Below, one piece after another: positions 9,623 to 18,503 of a DNA stretch of 29,319 bases (the stretch's first letter is position 1; every line of letters begins with the position of its first letter). The notes beneath the pieces were generated by a model. The model searched no databases. It had not been told where the DNA came from and was given only the letters and a program-made list of their open reading frames with translations. The position numbers and the translations under genes were made by a program. The stretch comes from Meiothermus sp. (lineage in GTDB: Bacteria; Deinococcota; Deinococci; Deinococcales; Thermaceae), in the NCBI GenBank assembly GCA_033762915.1, contig JANRLD010000022.1, forward strand, positions 1-29,319. Direction: 5' to 3'.

Positions 9623-9740
9623 TATCGCGCTTCCCACCCATACTGCGCCCATGGTACTGCGCTAAATCGTGTGCAAAAGCGGAGTATTGCACTCGGTACG
9701 GCGGTTTTTGCCGTTCCGAGTGTTCGTGGCAACCGCTCTA
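9623..9740. mobile_element. MITE-like structured repeat, copy A
   Basis: About 80% identical (hand alignment) to the reverse complement of 20604-20824 once the insert there is removed. TA at both ends, imperfect terminal inverted repeats and internal hairpins. Confidence 0.75.
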
Positions 9741-9777
9741 CAGCAAAAACGGCTGTAGGGAGTAGGCGTGGGAACTC

Positions 9778-10704
9778 TCAGGCCAGCTTGCTCAAATCCG
9801 CGTTACCGCCGCATACCAGGACTCCGATCCGCTCGCCCCGGCTGGGCTTGTAGGCCCCTGAAATCAGGGCCGCCAAGGCGGTCGCGCCGCCTAGCTCGGC
9901 AACCAATTGCATGGATTTCCAGAGGCGGCGCTGGGCCTCGAGGATCGCCTCGTCGCTCACCAGCCGCACCTCGGGGATGTACTTCTGGGCGATCTCGAAC
10001 ATCAGGTCGCCCACCCGCCGCGCGCCCAGCGAGTCGGCGGCCAAGCCGCCCGTTTTCACGTCCACCGGCTGGCCCGCCTTCTGCGACTCGTAGAGGGAAG
10101 GGCAGCTCTCCGGTTCCACCGCGATCACCTGTACGTTGTCCTGGAACCAAGCCGCGATACCGCCGATCAGCCCGCCGCCCCCCACTGCTACCAGCACTGT
10201 GTCTAGGCCCTCGGCCTGCTCGTCGAACTCCTTGCCCACCGTGCCCTGCCCGGCCAAGGTCTCGGGCGACTCGTAGGCCGATACCCACAAGGCTCCGGTG
10301 ACTTTTTGGCGCTCGAGGCAATGCTCGAGGGCCTCGGCATAGTTGGCCCCGCCGATGTGTAACTCGGCCCCGTAGCTGCGAATCTTCTCGACCTTGGGCG
10401 CAGTCGAGACTGTTGGTATAAAAATCTCAGCCTTGAGGCCCAGCTTCTTTGCGGCGTAAGCCACCGCCGCGCCGTGGTTGCCGCCCGAGGCCGCGATCAC
10501 GCCGGAGGCCGGGACGCTGTGCGAGAGGATTCGGTTGAAGGCCCCCCTGGGCTTAAAGGAGCCTGCGTGCTGCAGCGACTCGAGCTTGAGCGCCAACTGC
10601 GCCTCCACCCCGAAAGCCCCCGGCTCCATCTCGATTACCGGCGTGTAGCGGACGTAAGGGCGGATACGCTGCTCGGCCTCGAGGATGTCTCGCTGGGAAG
10701 TCAT
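9778..10704 (-). CDS. PLP-dependent threonine/serine dehydratase family protein
   Basis: GSFKPRG (PLP lysine), ASGGNHG, VGGGGL and CGGN. No ACT domain. Confidence 0.9.
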   Translation of the reverse strand: MTSQRDILEAEQRIRPYVRYTPVIEMEPGAFGVEAQLALKLESLQHAGSFKPRGAFNRILSHSVPASGVIAASGGNHGAAVAYAAKKLGLKAEIFIPTVSTAPKVEKIRSYGAELHIGGANYAEALEHCLERQKVTGALWVSAYESPETLAGQGTVGKEFDEQAEGLDTVLVAVGGGGLIGGIAAWFQDNVQVIAVEPESCPSLYESQKAGQPVDVKTGGLAADSLGARRVGDLMFEIAQKYIPEVRLVSDEAILEAQRRLWKSMQLVAELGGATALAALISGAYKPSRGERIGVLVCGGNADLSKLA

Positions 10705-10750
10705 GGGTGTATCCTCGCACCTTTGGTCTGGGGGATGTCGTGTGGAAAGG

Positions 10751-11350
10751 TCATGCCCCCGATTCTAAAGGCTTGAGCTGCGCGAACTCGGTATCGGGCT
10801 CTAGCGGGGCCTCCGGCGCGCCGTCCACGATCAGGTCGGCCCGCTCCCACGGCTTGTCGGCAGTGTGGAACAGGTCTTCGGCGGCCTGCCAGACGAACCA
10901 GAAGTCGCGGCCCTCGGGGCCGTCACGCTCGAGACCCCGTCGCTCCGCCACCGCGGCGTCGGTCTCGATCCAGACGGCGAAGCTTATGTGCTCGAGGAGC
11001 TCACGCCGGCTGGCCGAGACCCCCTCGACGATTAGCACGGGCGAGATAGGGACCGTTATCGAGCCGCCGCGACCCTTCGCGGTCCAGGCCTCGGGCGTCC
11101 AGTCCACGGCCTTTCCCTGCTTGAATGGAACCAGGATGTGCTCGATCATCAGCGGCCACCAGTTGAAGAAGCTGTGGTGCCAGGCCACGTCATCGGTGTG
11201 AACCAGGGGGGCCCCAAGGGCTTGTGCCAGTCCCGTCGCAAAAGTGGTTTTGCCACCGCCGCTTCGCCCATCCACCGCGACCACGAACCCGCCCCTGCCT
11301 CGAGCCCGCTCCCCAATCTCCGCCGCCAAGGACTCAAAGGTCCGCATCAT
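10751..11350 (-). CDS. Uridine kinase-like P-loop kinase
   Basis: VAVDGRSGGGKTT, HTDD, LIVEGV and RGLERDG. Start trimmed to MMRTF, after AAAGGA. Confidence 0.8.
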   Translation of the reverse strand: MMRTFESLAAEIGERARGRGGFVVAVDGRSGGGKTTFATGLAQALGAPLVHTDDVAWHHSFFNWWPLMIEHILVPFKQGKAVDWTPEAWTAKGRGGSITVPISPVLIVEGVSASRRELLEHISFAVWIETDAAVAERRGLERDGPEGRDFWFVWQAAEDLFHTADKPWERADLIVDGAPEAPLEPDTEFAQLKPLESGA

Positions 11351-11624
11351 ATCCTTTAGGCTAACACCAGACCGTCCGCGACCAAGCTTCAAGCGTTGGC
11401 CAGGCGTGGTTTGCGCTCCAAGCATTTCCGGCGCTTGCGCCAAAGGGCCGCAGCGTGAGGTCGGTTCTCGAGGCCTGACCGCTATGGCGCAACCCAGCCG
11501 CGCCCGCGTAAGATGCACCAGCCGCCGCCCGGCCTGCCGATTGTGGTTAAGATGCCCAGTGGTAGTGCGCTCCGGCGATCAAGCCAGACCTGGGCGAGGG
11601 GCCTGGTTTCGAGGAAGGGCGTGT

Positions 11625-12473
11625 ATGAAGGGAAAAACCGTCTTAATCACCGGCGCCACCGACGGCATCGGCAAGGAGACTGCGCTGGCCCTGGCCAAGC
11701 AGGGCGCGACGGTGGTCATTTCCGGGCGCAACAAGGCCAAGGGCGAGGGCGTGTTGGCCGAGCTGAAGCGGGCCAGCGGCAACCCCGACATCCACCTGCT
11801 GGTCGCCGACCTCTCAGTGATGGCCGAGGTGCGGAGTCTGGCCGCCGAGTTCACGTCGAAGTTCGGGCGCCTCGACGTGCTGGTGAACAACGCAGGCGGC
11901 TTTTTCGACGTGCGGCAGGTGACCTCTGAGGGCCTCGAGCAGACCTTCGCCCTCAACCACCTGGCCTACTTCCTGCTGACCAGCCTGCTGCTCGACCAGC
12001 TGAGGGCCAGTGCACCCTCGAGGATCGTCAACGTCTCGAGCGGCGCCTCGTTGGGGGCAAGGATGAACTGGGACGACCTCCAATTCTCCCGCCGCTACGG
12101 CAACTTCACCGCCTACAGCCAGTCCAAGCTGGCCAACGTCCTCTTCTCCAACGCCCTTGCTCGGCGGCTCGAGGGCAGCGGGGTGACCTCCAACGCCCTG
12201 CACCCCGGCATGGTGGCCACGCAGTTCGGGGCGAACTCCCGAGGAGCCTTGATACGCTGGGTCATGAGCCTTGTAAAGCGCTTCGCCATCAGCCCGGCGC
12301 AGGGGTCCGAGACCAGCATTTACCTGGCCAGCAGCCCCGAGGTCGAGGGCGTCTCCGGGAAGTATTTCGACAAGAAAAAGCCCGTCACCCCAAGCCCAAT
12401 TGCACTCGACCATGAGGCCCAGGAGCGCCTGTGGCAGGTTAGCGAACAGATGCTCGCGGGCCTGAGTAAATAG
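11625..12473 (+). CDS. SDR oxidoreductase (retinol dehydrogenase-like)
   Basis: TGATDGIG, NNAG, YSQSK and HPG. Start trimmed to MKGKTV. Confidence 0.9.
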   Translation: MKGKTVLITGATDGIGKETALALAKQGATVVISGRNKAKGEGVLAELKRASGNPDIHLLVADLSVMAEVRSLAAEFTSKFGRLDVLVNNAGGFFDVRQVTSEGLEQTFALNHLAYFLLTSLLLDQLRASAPSRIVNVSSGASLGARMNWDDLQFSRRYGNFTAYSQSKLANVLFSNALARRLEGSGVTSNALHPGMVATQFGANSRGALIRWVMSLVKRFAISPAQGSETSIYLASSPEVEGVSGKYFDKKKPVTPSPIALDHEAQERLWQVSEQMLAGLSK

Positions 12474-12544
12474 AGAACCGGGCTGAGCTCCAGACGCGTG
12501 CCACCGTGCGCGAACCCTTGAACCTTTCGACGCCCTTGCTCACT

Positions 12545-13360
12545 TTACGTGCCTCTTTGGGCCTTCTGACACGCCGGGCAAAAGTGCGTCCCACGCCCCC
12601 CGACCACGATCTTTTTTATCCTGCTCGAGCAGCCCTGGTGGTTGCAGGGCCGGCCTTCGCGGTCGTATGCGTTGTGGTCAAACTGGAAGTAGCCGGGGCT
12701 TCCGTCGGGCTGCTGGTAGGTGGCGTCGGAGAGGGTGGAGCCGCCCGCGGTCACCGCTCGGCCCATCACGTCGCGGATGTTGGCGTGCAGCTGCCGGACC
12801 TCGGGCGGTGTAAGGGAGTCGGCGGGACGCTCGGGGTGAATCTTGCTCATCCACAGCGACTCATCGGCATAGATATTACCCACGCCAGCCACCGCTTCCT
12901 GGCTCAAGAGCACCTCCTTGATCTTGCGGCGGGTTCGCCGGAGGCTTTTGCGAAGGCTCTCAGGCGTAAACGCCTCGCCTAGCGGCTCTGGCCCCATGCG
13001 GTTGAGCAGGTCGATTTCGGCGTAGTCGCCGGCGTCAACCACCCACCACTTCCCGAACCGGCGGGGGTCGGTGTAGTAGAGCGTCTCGTTCTCGAGGCGC
13101 ACGCTCACCCGGGTGTGGCTGTGGGGGGCAAAGCGGAACCCGCCAGTCATGCCCAGGTGGACAATGGCCTCGAGCCCCTGGTCCAGGCTGAGAATGAGGT
13201 ACTTGCCCCGCCTCGAGGTTGCGGTCACGGTGCGCCCGTGGGCCAGCTCGGTGCGCCGGTAGCGGTCCGGGTCGGCGTGCTCGAGGGCGAGAATTATCTT
13301 TCCCAGCAGGTGGGGCTCGAGGATGCGGCGGGTGGTCTCTACTTCGGGGAGTTCGGGCAT
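12545..13360 (-). CDS. mutM: Formamidopyrimidine-DNA glycosylase
   Basis: N-terminal PELPEV, HLGMTG, DPRRFG, GVGNIYADE and a C-terminal zinc finger. Confidence 0.97.
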   Translation of the reverse strand: MPELPEVETTRRILEPHLLGKIILALEHADPDRYRRTELAHGRTVTATSRRGKYLILSLDQGLEAIVHLGMTGGFRFAPHSHTRVSVRLENETLYYTDPRRFGKWWVVDAGDYAEIDLLNRMGPEPLGEAFTPESLRKSLRRTRRKIKEVLLSQEAVAGVGNIYADESLWMSKIHPERPADSLTPPEVRQLHANIRDVMGRAVTAGGSTLSDATYQQPDGSPGYFQFDHNAYDREGRPCNHQGCSSRIKKIVVGGRGTHFCPACQKAQRGT

Positions 13361-13436
13361 TTAGATACAGGGTAAATCGTAGGCAGCCTCGGTAAAAGAA
13401 GGGCCTGCACAGTTGGAAGATAGCGGGCGGCGTGCA

Positions 13437-13473
13437 AGAAAAAACCGGAGTGCGGTGCGCCTCTCCGGTTTCT
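13437..13473 (-). terminator. Intrinsic terminator
   Basis: Stem AAACCGGAG/CTCCGGTTT followed by a T run on the minus strand, downstream of 13507-13782. Confidence 0.65.
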
Positions 13474-13506
13474 ACTTACCGTCTCTTTTTCAACGCATCA
13501 GGTGCC

Positions 13507-13782
13507 TTATTTCGCCAAACGTTCGGATGTGGGGTCGTTCTCGAGGGCGCGGCGGCTCTCGCGGAAGATGTACATCACCAAGGTGGCGAAGGGCAACTCT
13601 TGCTCGAGAGCTTCTTGCACGGCGAAGAAGCGGGCGGGGTCGGCGTTGCGAACCCGCGGGGCGAGGTCAGACCACAGCTTTAGCAGCTCGCTTTTGCTGT
13701 GCGGAAGCGCTTCCTCGAAACGTTTAAGGGGGTCTCCAGGCATGGGCAACCTCAAGAGATAGGGGTGACGATAGTCCTTCAC
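13507..13782 (-). CDS. Hypothetical helical protein
   Basis: 91 aa ORF filling the gap. TAATCT -10 lies 6 nt before the GTG, and a terminator follows. Confidence 0.7.
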   Translation of the reverse strand: MKDYRHPYLLRLPMPGDPLKRFEEALPHSKSELLKLWSDLAPRVRNADPARFFAVQEALEQELPFATLVMYIFRESRRALENDPTSERLAK

Positions 13783-13826
13783 GCCCTCAGATTAGACCTG
13801 CCCTATTAAATCAAAAGTATTCCAGA

Positions 13827-14723
13827 CTAAGCACCTACCAACCGTTTAGTTGTCAGGATTCCAGATAATTCAACCTCTAAGGATCGTTCCGAAAGTGAGA
13901 AAGCCTGACGCATATAGCTCGGGTCGGCGGTGTTCCCGGCCTTGAGCATCAGGTACTGATCGAGGGTAATGGGGCTGAAGGGGAGCTTTGAGATTAGGGG
14001 CACGGCCAGGTCCATCAGGGCCAGCGGGATTGGGAGTAGGGGCTTGCTCGAGCGTAGGGTGTCGCGCACCAGCAACAGCAGTTCGCGGAAGCTGTACTCC
14101 TTGGGCCCCACCAGGTTGAAGATTTTTCCGACGGTCTGGGGCCGGGTGAGACACTGTTCGAAGGCCGCGCAGACGTCGCCGACCCAGACCGGACGAAAAG
14201 GGAAGCTGCCGTTGCCGATCTGGGGGATGAAAGGGGCCGGAGCCCTGATCAAGCCTTTAAGGACGCCGCCGAAAAAGTCGTCGCCGAGGCCGAAGATCAG
14301 GCTGGGCCGCAGAATTGTCCAGTCCAAACCGGAGGCCTGCAGCAATTCCTCGGCCTCGGCCTTGGTCTCGAAGTAGCGGCTGCCGGTCCCCCTCGAGGCT
14401 CCCAGTGCCGACATGTGCACAAAGCGCCGCACGCCAGCCGCCTTGGCCGCAGCTATGGTGTTGCGCACCCCCGTCACGTGGGCTTCCTGGAAGCTCTGGC
14501 GCTCGCTCTCGCGGATGATTCCGACCAGGTAGATGATCGCATCCTGGCCCTGTGCGGCCTCGAGCAGACCCTGGTTCTTGATCACGTCGCCCGCGACATG
14601 GCGCACGCGGGCTGAGCCAGTGCCGCCCCTTGAGAGCACCGTGACCTCGTGGTTCTTTTCTATCAGGTGGCGGGACAGATACCCGCCGACGAATCCGCTC
14701 CCACCGATCAAAAGGATTTTCAT
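13827..14723 (-). CDS. NDUFA9-like atypical SDR / NAD-dependent epimerase
   Basis: GGSGFVG, HMSALG, YFETK, RPSLIFG and PVWVGDV. Confidence 0.9.
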   Translation of the reverse strand: MKILLIGGSGFVGGYLSRHLIEKNHEVTVLSRGGTGSARVRHVAGDVIKNQGLLEAAQGQDAIIYLVGIIRESERQSFQEAHVTGVRNTIAAAKAAGVRRFVHMSALGASRGTGSRYFETKAEAEELLQASGLDWTILRPSLIFGLGDDFFGGVLKGLIRAPAPFIPQIGNGSFPFRPVWVGDVCAAFEQCLTRPQTVGKIFNLVGPKEYSFRELLLLVRDTLRSSKPLLPIPLALMDLAVPLISKLPFSPITLDQYLMLKAGNTADPSYMRQAFSLSERSLEVELSGILTTKRLVGA

Positions 14724-14759
14724 AGGTCAACTATTGAGGGTCCAAGCGTTAGGGTTTGG

Positions 14760-14780
14760 GGTCGGAGGTCGGAGGTCGGA
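14760..14780 (+). repeat. Heptamer tandem repeat (GGTCGGA)x3
   Basis: Three perfect copies in intergenic DNA. Confidence 0.8.
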
Positions 14781-14947
14781 AGCTTGCGACAACGTGGAGG
14801 CCCACCAAGGCCGGGTGATTTGGCTACTGGTCGGAAAAACGGACCCAGGAGTTGGGGCCACCAAGGGAAAGGCCAAAAGCAAGCTCACGCAGTCGGAGAC
14901 CTTACTTTTGACCTTTCGAATCTACTTTGCGGCCCGAGCTCGAGCGT

Positions 14948-15538
14948 TCAGACGGCCTGTAGCATCCGGCTCTCGGCCTCGAGTTCCAGGGTCTTGCGGT
15001 CTACCAGGTAGATCTTACGGTAGCCGGTGTCCAGGGTGCCCTCGTGGCGCAGGTCGGAGAGAAGCTTGCTGACCGACTCGCGGGTGGAGGCCGTGGCGTC
15101 GGCGATCTCCTCGTGGCTGGCGGTGACGTAGACCCCGCGCTCGTCTTGGCCCTTGGCGGCGGTGGATGCGAGGTAAAGCAAGTAGCGGCAGATGCGGCTG
15201 CGTAGCTCGCCCCACTGGAGGTGGGTCTCGTAGGCCTGCACCTGCACCATCTGGCTGGCCAGGCTGCCCGCCAGCGAGCGCAGGTCGTCGCCGGAAAGGG
15301 TCTTGGGGTCTACCGCGAAGGCGGCGGCCTCGGTCAGGGCCTCGGCGGTGTACTTGTACTGCCGCTCGCCGAGGGCCTCCTCGCCGAAATAATCGCCGGG
15401 CAGAACGTGGCGTAGGGTCAGCTGGCGTCCGTCGGGGAGGATCTCGATGATGCGAACCAGGCCGCGCTCGAGGTGGTACAGCACGTCAGCCCGGTCTCCG
15501 GCGCGATAGACAACTTCTTTTCTGCGAACTTTTTTCAT
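14948..15538 (-). CDS. ldrP: CRP/FNR-family regulator, LdrP-like
   Basis: GDYFGEEAL and HTH TRESVSK. Lies directly downstream of carH/litR, as in Thermus. Confidence 0.82.
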   Translation of the reverse strand: MKKVRRKEVVYRAGDRADVLYHLERGLVRIIEILPDGRQLTLRHVLPGDYFGEEALGERQYKYTAEALTEAAAFAVDPKTLSGDDLRSLAGSLASQMVQVQAYETHLQWGELRSRICRYLLYLASTAAKGQDERGVYVTASHEEIADATASTRESVSKLLSDLRHEGTLDTGYRKIYLVDRKTLELEAESRMLQAV

Positions 15539-15687
15539 GAACTCTCCTTATGGGTTGGGCTTCTTTCGCCTTTGCTCGTTTCTAGGTACCACGCACATCT
15601 GGACTTGCGCCAATCTACAAACGGAAAGCTGGAGGTCAATACCAGGAGGACTGCCGCGACCCAGGAGGGCCAAGCGCAGGCGGGCGC

Positions 15688-16569
15688 TTACCATAGGCCG
15701 CCCTCTTTCAGCACCGAGGCCACGTGGTCGGCTAGCTCCCTAGGGTCGTTGCCCAGGAAGCGTGCACCCAGGCGCTCTACGCCTTGCGGATCATTGGCGG
15801 CGGCACGGCCGCCCACCACCACCAGCGGGGCCAGGTTGTGCAGGGCTTGGTGGGGCAGCGACTCCAGCGAGATCGGCTGTACCGCCGAGAGCACTACCGC
15901 CTTGGCTCCGAAGCGTTCGCCGAAGCTCCGGACATCGGACAGCGGGGTGTTGGGGCCGAGGTAGTGTACGGTGTAACCGGCCCGGCGCAAGAACAGGGCC
16001 ACGATCAGGCTACCGATTTCGTGCTGCTCGCCCGGCAGGGTAGAGACCAGCACGGTCGGCCCCAGCGAGCCGCCCATCAGGCTGAACAGCCCCTGAAGCG
16101 CGCCGCGCAGGTAGGTCGAGGCCAGGTGCTCCTGGGCCGTGGTAACCCGGCCCATGTGCCAGCCGTCGCCGATGCGCCGCAGGCAGGGCGAGATGACCTC
16201 CATCACCACTGCCTCCATCGGGTGCAGCCGGTGGGCTTCGGAGAGCACCCGGTCGGCGGCCTCGGTGTCGGCGCGTAGCAGGGCCTCCTCGAGTTCGAGG
16301 GAAAGCATTTCGGGCGGACGGGGGCCTTCCTGGGTGAGGCCTTCGAGGTAGCGCTTGACGGCCTGGGCCGGGGCCACCCCCTCGGAGATCCAGCTCTTGA
16401 TGTTGCGCAGTGCCTCGAGGTCGGTCTCGCTGTAGAGGCGGTGCCCGCCGGGAGAGCGCTCCGGGCGGGGGAAGCCGTAGCGCCGCTCCCACTGTCTTAG
16501 CAGGGCGGACGAGAGCCCGGTGCGCTCTTCAACTTCGGCGATGGTAAAAACCCCCAGATCGTTACGCAT
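15688..16569 (-). CDS. carH: Adenosylcobalamin photoreceptor repressor CarH/LitR
   Basis: MerR-type HTH (LRQWERRYG...GGHRLY), W-x9-EH motif (WHMGRVTTAQEH) and B12-binding EQHEIG...YLG. Divergent from crtB. Confidence 0.93.
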   Translation of the reverse strand: MRNDLGVFTIAEVEERTGLSSALLRQWERRYGFPRPERSPGGHRLYSETDLEALRNIKSWISEGVAPAQAVKRYLEGLTQEGPRPPEMLSLELEEALLRADTEAADRVLSEAHRLHPMEAVVMEVISPCLRRIGDGWHMGRVTTAQEHLASTYLRGALQGLFSLMGGSLGPTVLVSTLPGEQHEIGSLIVALFLRRAGYTVHYLGPNTPLSDVRSFGERFGAKAVVLSAVQPISLESLPHQALHNLAPLVVVGGRAAANDPQGVERLGARFLGNDPRELADHVASVLKEGGLW

Positions 16570-16570
16570 A

Positions 16571-16667
16571 TGTAAATCCCTTTGTTGAATAATAAGGTAG
16601 AATACTGTCTAACTTTCGTCAAGGGTTCGTTTTGATAATCGTTCAGTTTTTGTACAACTTCTGGAAA
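16571..16667. promoter_or_regulatory. carH promoter and putative CarH operator array
   Basis: Minus strand TTGACG(16622-16617)-17 nt-TACCTT(16599-16594). YGTnnA-like hexamers phased at 11-12 bp at 16606, 16617, 16628, 16640 and 16651. Confidence 0.6.
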
Positions 16668-16689
16668 ACTTCCGAAACCGGGGTTAGAT

Positions 16690-17472
16690 ATGGAAGGAAA
16701 AAATCCTAAACAAAAAAAGTTAGCACAAACTACGTTCGCGGCGCGTTCAAACTTAGTCCCGCTTACAGCCCTTGGCTACGAATTGTGGCGCAAAAACGCA
16801 TTGACCCTTCTTTCTGGTCGCAATTTTCCTCTGAGCGAAGAGTACCAGTTATTACTCAACTCAGTACAACCTGTTCATGGATTACAATTCTTGGACCTGG
16901 GAACCTCTACAGGGCTGTACAGCCGGGCCTTATTGCTTGCTGGAGCAGAAAAAGTATATGCCTTGGACTTCTCCCCAGCAATGCTGAGGGTGGCCCGTCG
17001 GAAAGTAGACCGAGGGGAGCTGCCGGTGGGATGGGGAGGGTCAGGCAAGGGAGCCGGGACGATTGCGACGCGAAGCGGGGAACACTCGAGTCCGTCGCCC
17101 GGGGATGGGTCGCTCACACCTGAGATTGTTCAAAAGATTTACAAAGGCTTTGAGCCGCTGCTGGCTAGAGCAGAAGACATTCCTCTGCCAGACGAGAGTG
17201 TGGACGGCGTGGTGGTGGGGGGAAGTTGGAACGAGTTTCCCGACCCGGAGCAGGTTGTACAGGAGATGTACAGGGTGCTGAGGCCGGGTGGGCGGGTCTT
17301 CCTGATGCTTAGCCTGCACTCCGGCGGGCCGTTGCAGCGGGTTCTGGCGTGGAGCGGTCTGCGCTTTCCCACTCTCGAGGCGGTACAGGGGCAGCTCGAG
17401 GATGCAGGTCTGCGGACGCGCGGCTGGCGCGACGGTCTGGTAGGATTTGTAACAGGAACCAAGGTAAAATGA
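16690..17472 (+). CDS. Class I SAM-dependent methyltransferase (UbiE/type 11-like)
   Basis: FLDLGTSTG, ALDFSPAML, AEDIPLPDESVD and EMYRVLRPGG. Confidence 0.85.
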   Translation: MEGKNPKQKKLAQTTFAARSNLVPLTALGYELWRKNALTLLSGRNFPLSEEYQLLLNSVQPVHGLQFLDLGTSTGLYSRALLLAGAEKVYALDFSPAMLRVARRKVDRGELPVGWGGSGKGAGTIATRSGEHSSPSPGDGSLTPEIVQKIYKGFEPLLARAEDIPLPDESVDGVVVGGSWNEFPDPEQVVQEMYRVLRPGGRVFLMLSLHSGGPLQRVLAWSGLRFPTLEAVQGQLEDAGLRTRGWRDGLVGFVTGTKVK

Positions 17473-17575
17473 ATCCGGAACGATAGTGTATAAATGTCCG
17501 TACCAGATGATGATTCCAGGCGGTGTTTGGAGGAATCAGTCCAAGTTTGAGACCGTTGTGCGCGACAGGGACACT

Positions 17576-18403
17576 ATGGAACCCAACTGGAACAGCGTTT
17601 CCGAAATCATCCGCCGCCACTCGGCGACCTTCTACTACGGCAGCTTGCTGTTCCGGGGCGAGGCCCGCAAGGGGGCCTGGGCGGTTTACGCCGCCTGCCG
17701 TGTGGGCGACGACGCCGTGGACGAGTCTCCCAGTCCCCGCGCCGACCTCGAGGTCTGGTGGCAGGGCGTCGAGCGGGCCTACGCCCACCGACCCGAGTCG
17801 GACTGGGAGCAGGGTCTGTCGTGGGCCCTTGAGCGCTTCGACATCCCGCTACAGGCTTTTGCCGACATGCGAGACGGCTTCCTTACCGACTTGGGCGCGG
17901 TGCGGCTGCAGACGGTACAAGAGCTGTACACCTACTGCTACCAGGTTGCGGGTACCGTAGGGCTGATGATCGCCCCGGTGGGCGGGGCGGGCCAGGAGGG
18001 CCAGGCCTCGGCCGTCAAGCTGGGCCAAGCCATGCAGCTGACCAACTGCCTACGCGACGTGGGAGAAGACCTCGCGCTGGGCCGGGTCTACCTGCCCGCC
18101 GATCTGATGCACAAGCACGGTGTGACCCTCGAGGATTTGCGGCAGGGCTGCATCAGCCCCCGCTACATTGCCCTCATGCACGAACTCGCCACGCAGGCCC
18201 GCCTCCTTTACCGCGAAGGCTTGGCCGGGCTCAAGTACCTCCGGAACGGGCGCGGCGCAATAGCGCTGGCCGGGCTGCAGTACCAGGGCATCCTGGACAA
18301 GCTCGAGCTAAACGGCTGGGACAACCTCTCCCGCCGCGCCTCGCTCTCGACATACGAGCGGGTCTTGCTGGTGCCCAAGGCCATCTGGCTGCGGGGGGTG
18401 TGA
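17576..18403 (+). CDS. crtB: Phytoene synthase
   Basis: SATFY, DDAVD, YCYQVAGTVG, QLTNCLRDVGED and GRVYLP. Start trimmed to MEPNW. Confidence 0.93.
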   Translation: MEPNWNSVSEIIRRHSATFYYGSLLFRGEARKGAWAVYAACRVGDDAVDESPSPRADLEVWWQGVERAYAHRPESDWEQGLSWALERFDIPLQAFADMRDGFLTDLGAVRLQTVQELYTYCYQVAGTVGLMIAPVGGAGQEGQASAVKLGQAMQLTNCLRDVGEDLALGRVYLPADLMHKHGVTLEDLRQGCISPRYIALMHELATQARLLYREGLAGLKYLRNGRGAIALAGLQYQGILDKLELNGWDNLSRRASLSTYERVLLVPKAIWLRGV

Positions 18404-18503
18404 AGCCCTGCGCCCATCTCCCACCGGAGAAGTGCGCCCGCATGTGTATCACCGGCAGTTGCGGCACCCGCCAGTCTCGCACTGCGCAACCGTGATTACC
18501 CGC

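Noticed and set aside
12545..13360. mutM as part of the CarH light operon
   Set aside because: A terminator at 13437-13473 and its own -10 element separate it from the upstream genes.
14760..14780. Short repeats as a CRISPR array
   Set aside because: 7-bp tandem units without spacers, and no cas genes in the window.
17486..17575. ORF-track N-terminal extensions (crtB; likewise nitroreductase, kinase, SDR, miaA)
   Set aside because: The extensions precede the family N-termini or overlap neighbouring genes and promoters, so downstream starts were chosen.
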